From Proteromonas lacertae (lineage: Eukaryota), in assembly GCA_002245135.1 (NCBI GenBank), contig NGBS01000587.1:186001-250000 (forward strand): a DNA stretch of 64,000 nucleotides, given 5' to 3'. The notes beneath the pieces are model-generated. The model saw only the letters and a program-made list of their open reading frames with translations. It searched no databases and was not told where the DNA came from. The translations under genes were made by a program, and so were the position numbers. Positions within the stretch are counted from its first letter, which is position 1, and every line of letters begins with the position of its first letter. Shown in pieces: positions 39,501 to 54,500 of the stretch.

Positions 39501-42500
39501 GTAATTGCATTTGTGTATGTATAACTGAATAATCTAGTGATATTTTCATTTCTATGTAATTTTATTGAAACATCTACTTTTCCTTCAATATGATATGGTG
39601 TAACACATTCAATTTCATTTTCTGATTTAAAAGTTCCATTCACTTCATGTCCTCCAAATGAACATACTATACTATTTGTATATCTAAATCTATAACCACT
39701 AATTGTAACTAATTCACCACCTTTAGTTGGACCTACTGTTGGACTTATTGATATTATTTCTATTGGATAAGTGTATAAATAATCTACTTTATTATAATGT
39801 GATTTTGAATTTAAACCAACTGATAATGGAACTATACCAATATTATCATTATTGGATGGAGAACTACATCTTATATGTGATGAACTAATAAATGTAATTG
39901 GAGTTTCTAAAGTATTATTAAATCTACACACTAACTGTTTTATATTTCTAAAATTATAACCATAAATATCAATCATTGTTCCTCCTAAAATTGAACCAAA
40001 ATCTGGTTCTATATTTACTATCTTCACTTCATTTATATATTCATAATATTGACCTCCAATTATATATCCATTATCATTATCTAAATGCACTTCAACAATA
40101 CCAATCGAATGTTTTGGAGCTTTACATGTTAATGATGTTTCATTCAATGATAATACAGGGGAATATATACCATCAAAAATACAATACTTAAAATCATATT
40201 CATTAAACAAAATACCTGTAAATGTAACAATATTACCACCTTCTATTGTATCTACGATTGGTTTTAATGATTTGATTAAACTATCTTTCTCTACTCTAAT
40301 TGTTTGATTTACTGAAATGAAGTTAATATCATCAAATGATAATGACAAATCACATTCACCTATTGGTAAGATTGGACTAATACAAATGATTGTATTAGAA
40401 TCATTATAATAACCATCAGATATTATATCATTAAATCTACAATAAACATCACCTTCTAAGTATGAATTATCATTATTTATTCTGATTGTTACAGCTGATG
40501 AACCTGATGTTGGTATTATTGTTGGTGTTACAACATTCACTCTGAAATGAGATATTACATTTAATACAACTGAATTTGATTGGCTAAAACCTCCATCATT
40601 AGAGATTGATATATCATATTTATTTGGTGGTAAATATGGTAATTTACATGTCATTGCAAATGGTGGAAATATAAAAACCTTCCAAAATCATATCTTTATT
40701 AATTATACATGATAGATTTGAACTATCATATATCATTGAACCATATACTAGTGATTATTTCATGATAATTTTCCATTACTTCCATTGGATTGTAAGAATC
40801 AATATGTGGTGTTGTAACATATATTACATTCTCATAATTTGAGTATTTTCTATCATAACCATTCAATGATAATAATAATTTCTTATATCCATTGAAATTC
40901 TCATAGTTTGGAACTATACATTTACATTCTGTTTCACTTATTACACTAGCTTCCACAACATCATTATAATCAAATATACAATACATTTTACTATCACTAT
41001 TATTGCTATTAATTGGGAAATTTTGACCTGTTACTGTTATTTCCATACCACTACTTATTATTTTTGGATTTACAGATTCCAACACTGGAGTATTTACATA
41101 TGTGAATGTGAATGAAGTTTCCATCCAATTAACACCATCATATGATAATGATATTGGAACTGTATTTGCTTCATAAGATAATGGAGTTTTACATACAACT
41201 GTTGAATCATTAATATAATGAATTGATACTATTGAATTACCAAATCTACAGTATTGAGGTAATGTTTCATTTGTGGATGATAATTCAATTACTACTGGAG
41301 TTTCACCTTCTAATGGACCATTAAATGGTGTTACTTTGGCTGTTGAGAATCTTTCATATACTGTAAATAAACTATAACTATTATCTAATACTCCATGTCT
41401 GTAATATATTCCTATTTTGTAATTACATGGTGTTAATGGAGGTATTGAACATTCTATTATTGTTTCTGATATGTATTTATAATCTGTGAATGTTGTATCA
41501 TTGATAATACATTTGAAGTATTTATCATCAACGAAATTACTACCATTTATTGACATTATAACTTCATCTTGATTCTCTGGAATATACATTGGATTAATTG
41601 AATAGATTTCAGGTTTTTCATATATTGTATAATTAGATATTTCATAATCTATCCAATCATTATCATTATTACTAACTGATAAAACGTAAGATCCAATTTC
41701 AATATCATCGTTAAGAATACATTTTACATAAGATGAATTTATAAATGTTGTTGTGAATTTATTTTCATTCAATTTACATAATGTTTTATTCTCTATAAAT
41801 CCTTCACCAAATACTTCAATTTCATTGTTTAATGGATTTTCAATTGATGTTTCTGTTATTTCATTTATCACTGGATCTAATACATACTCGTATTGTACTG
41901 TATTATTATCATTATTATAAACCATTCCATCTACTGAATAAGATACTTCTACTACACCTAATGGATGTCTTGGAGATTTACATTGAATTTGATTTTGATA
42001 TATATATATAGCTGACACTTTAATATCATCAAATATACAGTATATATTCTCTGAATAAGTGAATAAATCACCATATATTGTCACTGCTGTATTACCATTT
42101 ACTGAACCAAAGGTTGGTTCAATTAAATGCTTTATCATTGGAGTATAATAATGTAATGTGAAAGAGTTTGATAAAGTTTGATTGTTGAGAGATATTGCAA
42201 ATTCTACATCTTCGTTTTCAGTATTATTTATATTTACAGCATTACATTCTATTTCATTATTTGATATAAATCTAGCTGGAACTGATATCTTTCTATTAAA
42301 CCAACATGTTAATAATGGTAAATCGTATATATGTAAAGCATAAACTGTGATTGGAATAATATTATCAGATTCATCATCTTTTAATGTTGAAGATGTTATA
42401 TAATTTGGAGTAATTGAATAAATATATGGCTTTTCATATAATTTAAATATATATGGAACTAAATTGAAATTTTGACCATCATTTGATATTGTTAATAACA

Positions 42501-45500
42501 CTATTGGATTATTCAAATATGGTAAATTACATGTCAATACATTATCATCACTTTTACCTTTTACTATTCTATCATTGAATTGACAATAACCATCTTCACT
42601 AACTAAATACTTTGCTTCAATTCTAATTTCTTCAGGATTATTAATTGTTCCAGTTTCTGGAGTAACTTTCACTATTTCTGGTAGATTTGTATAAACGAAA
42701 TAACTTGTAATAACATTCAATTGTGATGGTAAATACATTACAGATAATGTTACATTTCCTGTCTTTTTAACTCTTGGAGAAACACATACGATTTCTTTAG
42801 ATGATAAATACAATGCATTTACTGGTATTGTATCAAAAATACACTGTAAATTATTGTGATAATATTCAAAATCTATTCCTTGAATAGCAACCATTGTTCC
42901 TCCACTTGTTGGACCATTTTGAGGATATATTTCATTAACATCCAATAAGTTATATATATTAAATGATAATTCATTTGATATATAATCTATTCCATTATTT
43001 GAGATTGATAATCTGATTGTATGTGGTTTAATATTTGGTACATTACATTGTATTGTTGTATTGGATATAAACACTGCTTCTACTCTTCTAATATCATCAT
43101 AAACACAGTATAATTCATCATTATTTATAAAATATGGTTGTTTGGAGGTTAAAACTAATTGACCAAAATGTATTGATGATGGAATATAGGTTAAATCTAA
43201 TTTTGGTAAATAATTATAATAGAATGAATTTGTATAGAAATCTTCACCATTTTGAGATATATAAACTGGAACAATTCTATTTTCATTTTCATTTTGTGGT
43301 GGAGTAATACAACTAATATGTTCACTATCAATAAATTCACCATTAACTACACTTTCACCGAATCTACACTGTATTAAACCTTCTTTAAAGTATTTACCTT
43401 CAACTACAACTCTTGTTCCACCATTAACTGTACCAATATTTGGTGTTATGGAATATAACTCTATTTCTTCAGTGAATGTAAAATATTCATCATTTAATGA
43501 TATATAATCTATTCCATTCATTGATATTTCTAATGGAACTGAACCTAATGGATGATGAGGTGTTATACAGATTATATTATGACTGTCAATAAATGTACCT
43601 CTTGTATTATAAACACCAAATTTACATGTCAATTGTCCACTAAACACAAAGTAATTTCCATTGATATGAACTTGTGTATTTCCTAATATTGAACCATTAT
43701 TTGGTTTATAGGATATTATTAATGGTGTTAAATAATAGGTGAATGATGGTTGTAATTCGATAATATCATCTTCATCATTCAATGATAATGTGATTGTGAC
43801 TTTTCCATCTGAATGAACTGGAGTATAACAAGATATTGTTGTTTCATTATGAAATGTTGTTGGTGTTGAAATAACTGAATCAAATATACATTTTGATGTT
43901 GTTTTATTTGAAAATGATGATCCATAAATGTAAATTAATGTTGAACCAACTGTTGGACCTGATAATGGGAAGTATTGATAGAATTTGGGTGATGTATAAT
44001 ATGTAAATAATAGGTTTGTATTAACATAATCAAATTTATTAGTTGATATATATACATATACACTTTCACTTGCTGGATATGTTGGTGTTTTACAATAAAC
44101 TTCATTTGATGAGATATAATCAGCTTTAACAACATATAAACTATCTAATCCAAATCTACAATAAGTTGAATTATTAATGAAATTTGAACCAATCAAATGA
44201 ATCAATGAATTACCATTTGTACTTCCTCTATTTGGTATTATATTACTAACTTCTGCTCTATTGATATATTCAAAACTAAATAATGGATTATCTTCACTTA
44301 TTCTTAAACTAACATCAGAAATCAATGAAAACGGATAAACACCAACTGGATTTGGAGGTGTCAAACATTGAATCATGTTTGAATTAATAAAAGTAGCAAT
44401 AACTGGCTTATTATTAATCAAACAATACAATATATCAGTTTCTTCAAAGTTAGTTCCATAAATTTGTATTAAATTATTACCTTCAACTGATCCTTGTAAA
44501 GGCTTTATATCTACATAATGTGGTGGATGAATATAGTTGAAATTATCAGTAATTAAATACCATTCTTCATTGTTATAAGATATATACAATGACACTTTAC
44601 CATAAGCATGTTGTGGGATTTCACATCTCAAAGTTGTAATATTGAATGTATAACCACTTACAACAGTATCATCATATTTACAATAAATATTCTGAAGTGC
44701 TTTAAACCCATGTCCATTTATATATGTAAATGTACCACCTAAAACATATGCTTTCATTGGATTAATGTTATAGAACTTATGATAATCAATGTAATAAAAA
44801 TCAAAGAATTTTGGAGTTAATAAACTACTTCCACTGATTGTTAAATAAACATGATCTTCATTCATTTCTGGAGCAATACAAGTGATTTCATTGGGAGAAA
44901 TATATTGAGCAATTACATTAATATAACCAAAACTACATGTATATTCAATATCATAATGATAATTCTCACCATATATTGAGATTATTGAACCTCCAGATTT
45001 ACTACTATTCTTTGGACTTATTGATAATACTATATTTTCATTGTTGTATGTATAAGTAATACCACTGTATGTAAAATCATATCCATTAATTGAAATATCA
45101 AAACTCACTTCACCTACTCCATCTGGACTTACACAACTTATTGTATTTTCATTAATATATATTGCAGAAACAATTATTTTATCAAATCTACAACTTAAAT
45201 CAGGTGAGTATATGAAATTATTACCATAAACTGTTATTGTTGTATTTCCTGTCATTTTACCAACTGATGGATTGATTTTGAAGATATATGGCTCTATATA
45301 ATAATTAAATTGTTTATTCGTAGCTAAATCATAATTACCATTGATTATTATATATAAATCAACAATTCCACTTATATGTGCTGGAGAAACACAATTAATT
45401 TCATTAGATGACAAATAATAACCATAAGTTACATCTTCACCAAATTTACAGTATATTGTGTCAGTATTAACGAAGTTTGTTCCACTTACTGTTATTTTTG

Positions 45501-48500
45501 TTCCACCAATGGTTGGGCCAGATAATGGTGAAACTGATCTGATGAAAATTTCTGGATAATATGTGAAATACACTGTATTATTTGTCTTGTATTCTTTCTC
45601 ATTTGTTGAAACGGATATATTTATTAAATTTGTTTCAATATTTTCTGGAATTATACACTTAATGTGATTCTCTGTAATATATTCACTTTCTACAATATAA
45701 TTCTCATCATCATTAAATTTACATAATGTCTCATTAGTAAATCCTGAACCATAAACACTTAAATTGATTGATTTATCAGTTATTACACTACTGGATGGAT
45801 AAATTAAATATATTTCTGGTGTATTTACATATGTTATTATTGTTGATAATCCTAATGGAATTCCCATATACAAAACATCTAACTTATAATCTCCAATTAT
45901 TCTATTCGATGGTGCTATGAATTGTAATAATGATTCACCTATATAATATGGTTCAATTCTAATATTATTCAATCTAAATGTTATATAATATTCTGCTAAA
46001 TAATAAGCTTTGATCGTAACAATATTAATTCCATTTGTATATATCTTTTGTGGAGTAATATCATAGATATAAGGATCTGGATATATTTCATACATTATAT
46101 CAGTTTCTACATAATTTACACCATTATCTACACTTAATGAGAATGGATATTTACCAGGTGTCTTACTATGTGGACTTGGACAGGATATTGTTGTTGTATT
46201 ATAATAATTACATAATATTACAGGTAAATCACCAAACTTAGCATATATCTCACTGGAATAAAAGAAATGAATTCCATAAATCATTATTGAATAATTACTA
46301 TTCATATATCCAATACTTGGTAATACATGTTGTATTTCTGGCTCTGGAATGTAATATAAATTGAATTTACCTAAATCCATTGTGTCACTGATTATATTGA
46401 CGATTCCTTCACCTGTTTTATGTTTAAATGTTATACAATTAGCTGTTGAATTGTCTACCAATATCATATCAGTTGTTTCATTCTCATAAATACATTTGTA
46501 CTTCAATTTCATATCGAAATTACCTTTTATTGTTAAAATTGTCTTACCTGATGTAAGAATAGAATATGGTTTTATTGAATCTACAAATATTGTGGAGATA
46601 TATTCATATTCAAATGTATCTACTGATTTATCAATACCATTTAATGAAACTGTAACATTTACAATGCCTGGAATATGTGGTGGAATAATACATTTCACTG
46701 TATTATTCGATATAAATTGAGCTGAAACAACTTTATCATTATCAAATATACAACTGATGTATTTACTGTCATAAAAATGATTTCCATTAATTGTCATTGT
46801 ATTTCCTCCTCTTGTTGAACCATATTTTGGTTCTATTGAATATAAAGTGTGCATTGGAATATAAGTGTAATTAAATATATTACTTTCATCATTTCCATTG
46901 ATTGTTACTGTAAAATCATATACTCCTGTTTCAAATACACTTGGTGTATTACATCTTATTGTATTTGGTGATGCATAAAGTGCTGGTGTGTATATATTAT
47001 GATTCATAACACATTGTAAAGTATTGGCTATTCTTAAATCCAAATCCATAAACTGTAATCATTGTTCCACCATTTATACTACCAAAAGTAGGTTCTATTG
47101 CAATTATATCTATTTCTTCATATATGTAAGAATATTCATAATATTCAAAACTATTTCCATTGTCAAATGATATTTTTATTTTTACTATATTATCACTTAT
47201 ATCGTTGTTAATATCCAACAATCTTGGAGATACACAAATCACTTTATTCTCATTAATATAATATGATTTTGTTATATAATTATTAAATTTACATAATGTT
47301 GTATTTGGCTAATGAAACACCAGTTAATGTGATATTTGTATTACCAAATACACTTCCATATAATGGTGTTATATTATTCAATATTGGTAAAGGTGTATAG
47401 GTATATGTAAATGACTTTGATAAACAATCATTCTTATGTAAACATATTGATAACTGAACATCACCAGAAGTATAAGGAGGTGATATACATTGTAATGTAT
47501 TTGAATTAATATAGGAAGCACTAACATAAATACTATTAAATAAACAGAAATAGGGTGTATTTGGTGTTAATGAATTACTTGTTATATTGACTATTGTATT
47601 TCCACAAGTTGGTCCAAATGATGGATTTATTGATATTAATTCACTATCTACTATATATTCATATTCTAATGTGTTTGAATGAGAAAAACTATCACTTGTT
47701 ACTGAGAAACTGACTTTTCCTGCTTCAGAATATTCTGGTGATAAACACTCAATCTTATTCTCTGAAATCCAAATTGCTTTTACTTTCAATGCACCAAATT
47801 CACAGTAAAACAATGATGAATCAATAAATGAATCACCATATACAATAACTGGGGTATTTCCTGATAATTTTCCTTGAGATGGTCTAATTGAATATATAAA
47901 TGGTAATAATTGAATGAATATTGAAGAACCATCAGATTTTTCATATATTTTCTTATTCCACAACAATGATAATGTATATAATCCTGATGGTAAAGTTGGT
48001 ATAACACATTGAACACTTGAATCATTAATATAAACAGCATCAAATGTAATATTGTTTATTAAACATTCTAAATTCTCTTTAGGGAAATTCTTACCATTAA
48101 TTGTGATTGGTAATTCACCTATTGTTGAAATTATTATTGGATTATAACTGTATATTTCCATATCTTCAATATATGTGAAATTTATTGGATTTGATAAATC
48201 TCTATTATTTCTTTTATATTCAACACTAACAACACCATTATTCTGAGAATAAGGTGGTGTATAACATAATACAACTGTATCATTGTATATTATGGCATTT
48301 GATTCATATTTATTATCAAATATACATTTACTAGCTTTATTACTCTCAAAACCACTTCCTATTAAATAAACTGGAGTAAAACCTGAATTTGGACCACTTG
48401 ATGGAATTATTTCTACTAATTTCACTGAATCAATATATCTATACAATAAAATATCAGATTCTTCATTGGCTAATGATAATTTCACTTCTATTTCTTTACC

Positions 48501-51500
48501 ATTTTCTAATTCTTTTATATTTGCTGGATTAATTTCTTCTAAGGATGGAACTTCACATATTATTGTTGTTGTTGATATAAATATTCCATTTCTTACTGTA
48601 TCTTCACCAAATATACATTTTATTATTGTAGTATCTACATAATCATATCCATAAAATGTAATTATATTTCCTCCTTCTATTGGACCAGATAATGGAATAA
48701 TATTTGTAACTTTTGGTTTAGGAATAAATGAGTATTCTAACAAACTAAATACTTCTTCATTTTTATCAAATATTAATGTAAATGGTAATGTGGTTGATTC
48801 TTTCATTATTGGAGTAATACATTCCATTTGTGTAGTGGAAATATAAGCAGCTTCTGTCTTAATAATTTCATTATTATTCTTACTACCAAATACACAATAA
48901 GCTTGATCATTTACAAAATTATATCCGTTAATAATAACTGAACATTTACCTATTGTTGAACAAATAGATGGTGTTACAGATTCCAAATATATATTCTTTA
49001 TTACCACAAAATCCACTTCATTACTATAATCGTAATTATTAATTGTAACTGATAATTTATATTCTCTTTCTACATCGGTTGGTGCTTCACAATATATTGT
49101 CTTATTATTAACAAAATAAGCTGTTGTTATTATTGTATTAAATCTACATTTCAATTGATTTGATTGGATGAAATTATAACCAATCACTTCGATCTTTTCT
49201 TTTGAATTTAAAATTGCATATTTCTGTGTAATACTATCAATATGTGGTATTATTATAATATCTAATTCTAATGGTATTTCAGGTAAATATTCATCTTCAT
49301 TTATTGATACTCTTATGTAAAATTTATTATTATTTATATCATAAGATGGTAATACACAATACATTGTTGTTTCATTGATATAATATCCTTTACTGATATT
49401 TCCATTTATTTCACATGACAATAAGGGTGTATTTATTATATAAGTTCCTTTTATATACAACTTATATCCTTCGGTATTAGATATACTCAAATGTTGTGGA
49501 ATTAATTGATATGTAATAGGTGCTTTAATGTAATGATATAAGAATGGTAATAAATGGAAATCAACACCATTAAAACTAACTTTTGGTAGAATTGTACCTT
49601 CTTTATTAGACGCTGGAACAATACATTGTATTACAGTATCATTTATAAATATTCCATTTGTTCTAACTTCATTAAATTCACATACTAATGTTTCATTGTA
49701 GAAGTATTTACCAGTAATAGTAATAATTGTACCACCTTCAATAACACCTAGATTTGGTTTAAATGTATAAAATATTGGTAATGGATATATCGTATATGTG
49801 AATGATTTACTTCTAAAATTGACATAATTAGAAGATAATGATATTTGATATTGGCCTGGATATAATGGAGGTAATTTGCATAATGCATGTGTTGAATTAA
49901 TATAAGTTAATGGAGATATATAATCATCTAAAAAGCAGTTAAATGTGGCTGAGAAATCAATCCAATGAGATTCAATCATTACATAATTATTAGTATTTAC
50001 AGATCCTGATGTTGGATTGATACTTAATATTTCAGTTTCATTGATATATGTAAAATAAATACCAGAATCAGTATGTTTAATATTATACACCAATAAATCT
50101 ACACTCACTTTTCCAGTATTCATCCATTCAGGTGTAATACATTCAATTATATTTTCACTAACATATCTTCCATACACTTCAATAGTATTATTAAATAAAC
50201 AACTCAATCCATGTGGTGGATAATATACACCATATACTAATAATGGTGTTTTACCTGAAATAATACCATGAGTTGGTTGAATATAATTGATCTTTGGTTC
50301 ATATACATATTCAAACTCTATTAATGTATTGGTTGATTCTACTGAATTCCATTTAATACCTATTGTTACTATCTTTATATCAGATGGTGGAACTACACAT
50401 TCAATTATTTTATCAGATATAAAAGTCGCTTCTGATTCTTCCTCACCAAATAAACACTTTCAATTCAGTAGTATTGAAAAAGTGTTCTCCATAAATATTT
50501 ATCTTTCTTGTACTTTCAATCACAGCCATATCTGGAACACTTGAATAAATAGCTGGTACTATTTTATATTCATATTTCAATTGATTTGATATGAAATCTA
50601 TTCCATTATTACTGATTGATAAATCAACAATTCCATTTATATGTGGTGGTGATATACATAATACAGTTTCGTTATCTATATATTCAGCTGAGACTATTGT
50701 ATTATCAAATTTACAGGATAAATGTAAATTATCTTCAAATCCTTCTCCTGTTATTGTTACTTTTGTTGTTCCTATTTCTGTTCCATATTCTGGATATAAT
50801 GATTCTAAATTGATTGATTTGAAATAAACGAATGGTTTATTATCTGTTAATGAAATAAAATCAATTCCATTTAATGATATTTGTAATGAAATAACTTGTG
50901 GTTTTTCAACGTTTGGCACTTTACATACAATATGAGTGGATGATAAATATAAACCAGTTACAATCATATCATTACCGAATCTACATATTATTGTATTTGT
51001 ATTGATGAAATACTCTCCATAAACATCAACCTTATAATCTCCTTTGATTGGACCAGATAATGGAATGATTTGTTTAATGAATGGTGGAACAATGAAATGA
51101 TATTTCAATGTAGAATGTGTATAACTTAATATTTCATTATCTATTGTATGATATACAACTTTTACATCAACTACAGCTTCATGTAATCTTGATGGAGTAA
51201 TACAAGTTAATGTGGTTGTATTGATTATTGTAGCTTCAACTGTATAATTATCAAATATACATCTCAAACCTAAGTTTGAATTAAAGTTCTTTCCTGTAAT
51301 AACAACTTCAGTATTTCCTTCAATACATCCAAAATGTGGAGTTATTGTATATAATTCTACACTTGGATATAATGTGAAATAGAATTCTTCTTCATTATAT
51401 TGTACTTGATTATTTGATACATAAACAGGTAATTTTTGAATTTCACCACCATTATCAACTATTAATGAATTTGGAATTCTACACTTAATAGTTGTTGTAT

Positions 51501-54500
51501 TTATATAATAAGGAATAACAGTAATATTGTTAATTAAACATGATAAATTAGAACTATAAATGAAATTATTACCATATATTGTAATATCTGTATCAATAAA
51601 ATAGGTTGAAGATGGTGGAACTAATGAAGTAATAACTGGCAAATCACCATAAGTAAAATTGAAAGACTTTTCAAGCCAGTTTGATCCATCAACGGAAACT
51701 TCTAACTTATAAACACCAGCAATGTAAGGAGGTAATTCACATTGTATTGTTTTATTGTTAATAAATATTGCTTCAATGATTAATATTTCATCTAATCTAC
51801 ATAGCATTGATTCTGAATTAGGGAATAAAGATCCATAGATTTCAACAGGAATTGAATAGTTTGAACAACCAACTGATGGATAGATCGATTCTAAAATAGG
51901 ATGTTCAATAAACTGGAATACAATTGAACTGTAAATAATAGGTAATCCACCAATTGATATACCAAATCTAACTGGACCAACAGCTGCAAATGGTGTTTCA
52001 CAAGTAAGTTCTTCTGGAGATAGATAATTACCTGATGTTTTATAATGTTCACCAAATATACATACTACTTCACCTGGATAGAAATTATCACCTTCTATTA
52101 ATATTGTACTTCCACCTGATGATGGTACTGTGGATGGTGTAATTGCTCTGATTGAAAATGCTCTCATTATTCTATAGGTAATATTCTCATGGTTATAATC
52201 TACTAAATTATTAGTAACTGTTAGTTCATAAGATGTTAATGTGTTTACTATTGGAGTGCAATAAATATCAGTTTCATTGACAAATGTTGCTAATGATAAT
52301 ATCAATCCAAATCTACAACTTAATTCATGTGAATATTTGAAGTTCTTACCATGCTACATGAACTGGAATTGGTCTATTTAACCAACCAAACTCTGGCTCG
52401 ATATAATCAATAACTGGATCATCTTCATATATAAAATTCAATACATTACTGATTGGATCTTTCTTGTTAATTGATAAATAGATTTGACATATTGATTCTT
52501 CATCATCATCATCATCTGATTTTGGAGCTGGAGGTGTAATACATGTAACTTCTGATTGTGACATATAAGCAGCAGTTGTTATAATACCATTCATATGACA
52601 ATAATACACAGTATCTTGTTTATATTCAAATCCTTTCACTATTACAGATGTTCCACCTAATTTACTACCATGAGAAGGTAATAGCATTTCAGCTGATGAT
52701 GTTTCTTCAAAGGCAAATAAGAATCTGTATTTTGTATATGAATATCCATTTATAGCAATTGTTAATGTAATGTAAGACTCATTTCTTGGTTGAATTAAAC
52801 ATTGTACTGAATCTTTAGTAACATTTACAGCTTCACTATATTCTTCATTGTTTATTACACATTCAATTCGTTTATCAGTTGGAATATTATCTCCATTGAT
52901 TGTAACTACTGTTGAATTAACTTGATTTCCTACTACTGGAATAATATTATATAAATTAGGTGGAGTATAACAATTCAATCCATTTGATACTTTGAAGTTA
53001 TGATAAGGTGATCTTATTATCACATCAGTTACACCATTACATTCTTCTGGAACAATACAGACAAATGTAGTTGAATTAATAAAAATACCTTCAGCATCAA
53101 TACCATAAATATTGCACATAAATTTAACTGAATAATCAAAACCTTCTCCATGAATGGTGATTGGCACTTGAATTCCTGATGGAACTTCTGCTGGTGTAAT
53201 TGACATAATACCTGTTGAATGAATTACTTCTAATTGTTGAACACTTTCAATATATTCAAATCCATTTATTGATACACCAATTGTATAGAATCCAGCTTCA
53301 ATATTTGAGTCAAATGGACACTTAACATAACTTGAATTAACATATATTGCAGGATAAATATAGACATTGTCATTACTATCATCAACATTATTATATCTAC
53401 ATAATAATGTATTTGAATCAATCATATCATTCACATATACTTGAATATATTGTGATGATAAATGTGAAGTTGCATCTATTTTAGTTGGTTCAAAATATCT
53501 CAATGATGGTGTATCAATATAGAATAATGGTAATGAGTTAGAATAATAAACATCATCATTGCTGATTGAAACATAATACATTCCATTTGGTAATTCTGGT
53601 AATTCACATAATAGACTAGTTTCATTGATATAGACTCCTTCACTTAATATTTTATTTATTTGACAATTTAAAGTTGTTGTATTGAATATATTCTCTCCAT
53701 ATACTATCAGATTTGAACCACCTTGATTATATATTATTGAATGCGATGTATATTTAATTACTGGTTCATTTCTATATTCCACTTCACCTACATAAATAAT
53801 ATCTCTTCGGTTGATTGATAATTCTATTGTATAATTACCAACTGTTAATTTTGATGGTAATATACACTTCACTATTACTTCATTGTTTTCTTCACTATTC
53901 TGTGTTTGTGGAATGACAAAATCCTCACCAATCTTACACATTAATTGTGCACTAAAATATAAATCACTTACTTTCATTGTTATTACATTTCCTCCACCAG
54001 ATAATGGTACAAATTCAGGAATAGTAACATTATCAATAGTTGGTAAATTTACATAAGAATATGTTATTATTTTATCATTTTCACTTTCATGAGCATTATT
54101 AAATGTTATTGAAACTATCACATCTTGAGTTTGATTGGTTTGTGGTGTATTAACAACAATTGTTGTACTGTTTATAACTTGTGGATTAATTCCATTTCCA
54201 ACATCACCAAACTTCACATTTAATGTATTAATACTAAAGAAATTCTCACCATAAACATATATAGATGTATTTCCATTAATAGATCCAAAATAAGGACGAA
54301 TACTTGTTAATTTTGGAGTTAAATATAAATATAATTCATATGAATTACTCCAATATTTTATATTATCAGTTATTCTAAACAAACTGACTTTTGAATACTT
54401 CAAAGTTGGTGTTTTACATGATAAGAATGTATCATTCACTCTATTAGCTTCAACTATTTCATTAATACCAAACTGACAGTATAATTGTTGTTCAAACACA